Shown one piece after another: positions 62,476-64,000 of a stretch of 64,000 bases of DNA. Under the pieces are notes generated by a model. The model had not been told where the DNA came from and did no database searches. It saw only the letters and a list, made by a program, of their open reading frames with translations. Made by a program: the position numbers and the translations under genes. This stretch comes from a bacterium (lineage in GTDB: Bacteria; Patescibacteriota; Minisyncoccia; Phycocordibacterales; UBA6899): NCBI GenBank assembly GCA_043756865.1, contig JAYUQG010000030.1, positions 94,703 through 158,702 of the forward strand, read 5' to 3'. Every line of letters starts with the position of its first letter. Position 1 is the first letter of the stretch.

Positions 62476-63345
62476 TTAAAATTGGTTCACCACACGCAAA
62501 TCACCGTTGTACAACAAACGCACATCGTCTATTCCCCACTTGAGCATCGCCATACGATCCAGCCCTCCCCCAAACGCAAAGCCCTGATACTTAGTACTGT
62601 CGACACCACAGGCTTCGAGCACCTTGGGGTGCACCATGCCTGCCCCCATGATTTCAATCCATCCAGCTTGCTTGCACACACCACACCCCACGCCCTTACA
62701 CTTTACGCATTGCATGTCGACTTCGACGGAAGGCTCCGTGAAAGGGAAAAAACTAGAGCGTAGTCGCACTACAGGATCGACACCGAAAATGCCTGAGAAA
62801 AAAGTTCCCAGCACCCCCTTTAAGTGTCCGAGCGTGATATCCTCTCCGATACACAATCCTTCAACCTGAAAAAATTGCGTTTCATGTGTTGCATCTGTCG
62901 CTTCATTGCGAAAGACTTTCCCTGGTACCACAATCGCGTACGGTGGGAGCATGCCCGCTTTCATTTTCTCTGTCATGTAGCGAATCTGCACGGATGATGT
63001 GTGCGTACGCAGGAGGAGCTTGTCCCCTGCTGGTTTTTCGAGCCCGAGTGCATTGGTGGCACTCTGGTCTGCACGCACGAAGAAGGTATCCTGCATGTCT
63101 CGTGCAGGATGATCTTTTGGAACATTCAGTGCGTCAAAATTGTAATATTCTGTCTCCAATTCCGGCCCATCAACGACGTCAAACCCCATTGCCGTAAATA
63201 TGCGTGTAACATCGTCAATTAAATGTGTCACTGGGTGGAGGTGTCCGCGGGGTGCGTTAGTCATTTCTTCCATCGACCCATTATAGAGAAATCCTGGAAT
63301 TCCGCCAACAAAAAACCCAGCACGCGCTGGGGTTTTCTGGTCCAC
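62476..63345 (-). CDS. pheS: Phenylalanine--tRNA ligase alpha subunit, compact (289 aa)
   Basis: Class II motifs: [31 protein letters not shown] and [16 protein letters not shown]. Confidence 0.9.
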   Translation of the reverse strand: MDQKTPARAGFFVGGIPGFLYNGSMEEMTNAPRGHLHPVTHLIDDVTRIFTAMGFDVVDGPELETEYYNFDALNVPKDHPARDMQDTFFVRADQSATNALGLEKPAGDKLLLRTHTSSVQIRYMTEKMKAGMLPPYAIVVPGKVFRNEATDATHETQFFQVEGLCIGEDITLGHLKGVLGTFFSGIFGVDPVVRLRSSFFPFTEPSVEVDMQCVKCKGVGCGVCKQAGWIEIMGAGMVHPKVLEACGVDSTKYQGFAFGGGLDRMAMLKWGIDDVRLLYNGDLRVVNQF

Positions 63346-63361
63346 GTAGACTCATCTACCG

Positions 63362-64000
63362 CTATTTCTCAATAAACTTTATACTCGGGTTAATTCCCGC
63401 TCCACTCACAAAGAAGTTAGCAAGCGGTAAGGTTGAGAGTGACACAAGCCCATTGTGTGCTCCCACCGTTAGCGGAGCAAAGCGTACTGTGATTACTGTG
63501 GTACCACCTGCGATAAGGTTATACGGGCAACTACCTGCCGCTGCCGCCCCCGCAGTTGACGCGACGCAAGTGAACGGTCCAGTAAGTGAGAACACGCCAG
63601 TACCGAAATCAACAGTTCCTGTGTTCCGAATAGTGATAGTTTGTTCCTTCCATTTTCCAATGACTGTGGGAGGAAAATTTTGGCCAGTACCGAGGATGTT
63701 AATAATTGAAGCAAATATACCCGTTCCATGCACTTGTACTGTTTGCAAGCCGTTGAATGCATTTGAATTAAATCGTGCAGTGTCATTCAAACTTCCCACC
63801 GCCAGCGGTGCAAAGCGGATAATTACATCTTTGTAGGTCCCTTCAGGAATACTGAATGAGCATCCCGTTGTGGGTGGCTGACAAGAGAAGTTTATACCGG
63901 AGGTAAATGTGATGTTGCCATCAAGTGGCCCACGTCCCACATTCCATATACGCATACTTTTTTCAACATAGTTACCGAGGTTTGAAGTGCCCACGTCATG
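63362..64000 (-). CDS. Surface or secreted repeat protein, partial; the 5' end may lie beyond the window
   Basis: Internally repeated beta-sandwich-like modules (VIIRFAPLAVGSLNDTARF and ITVRFAPLTVGAHNGLVSL) reminiscent of ASH / choice-of-anchor-D type domains. Gly/Thr-rich. Confidence 0.45.
   Translation of the reverse strand, partial: HDVGTSNLGNYVEKSMRIWNVGRGPLDGNITFTSGINFSCQPPTTGCSFSIPEGTYKDVIIRFAPLAVGSLNDTARFNSNAFNGLQTVQVHGTGIFASIINILGTGQNFPPTVIGKWKEQTITIRNTGTVDFGTGVFSLTGPFTCVASTAGAAAAGSCPYNLIAGGTTVITVRFAPLTVGAHNGLVSLSTLPLANFFVSGAGINPSIKFIEK

Noticed and set aside
1-64000. Alternative genetic code (code 4 or code 25, with TGA read as an amino acid)
   Set aside because: All long conserved genes are intact under the standard code. 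TGA is observed as the terminal stop, for example in tightly coupled gene pairs.

Overview
Standard genetic code (TGA is used as a stop). The window is dominated by compact versions of core information-processing genes, with an accessory segment of small, lineage-specific genes at about 11-30 kb. That pattern suggests a reduced-genome bacterium (Patescibacteria/CPR-like); this is inference, not identification.

Core genes recognised, in window order: rpoD (3' end outside the window), dnaG, rpoC, rpoB, deoC, trmD, a KH-domain protein gene, rpsP, rnr, a short SMC-family ATPase gene, rnc, a nusB-NUDIX fusion, rpmF, rnhB, dnaE, thrS preceded by a T-box leader, gyrB, pheT, pyrE and pheS. Nearly every intergenic spacer carries a clear rho-independent terminator, and there are many near-consensus sigma-70 promoters (TTGACA/T-N17-TATAAT).

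Accessory and unusual content:
- a RelE/ParE + Phd/YefM toxin-antitoxin pair whose junction depends on a T8 homopolymer
- an IS481-family insertion sequence lying in a nest of GC-rich palindromic repeats, with roughly 230-bp direct repeats bracketing the IS plus two envelope-protein genes
- two tandem acidic 164-aa paralogues
- three tandem paralogues of about 90 aa sitting where rimM normally lies between the KH-protein gene and trmD, with an antisense small gene
- a secreted 678-aa protein with a CHAT/caspase-like C-terminal motif
- a 40-nt structured hairpin motif present twice (after dnaG and after rpoC) with a compensatory base-pair change
- a perfect 71-bp tandem duplication in the 3' region of a bactofilin-like gene
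- a small locus of two plus-strand consensus promoters facing the rpsP promoter

No rRNA, tRNA or CRISPR array was found by eye.
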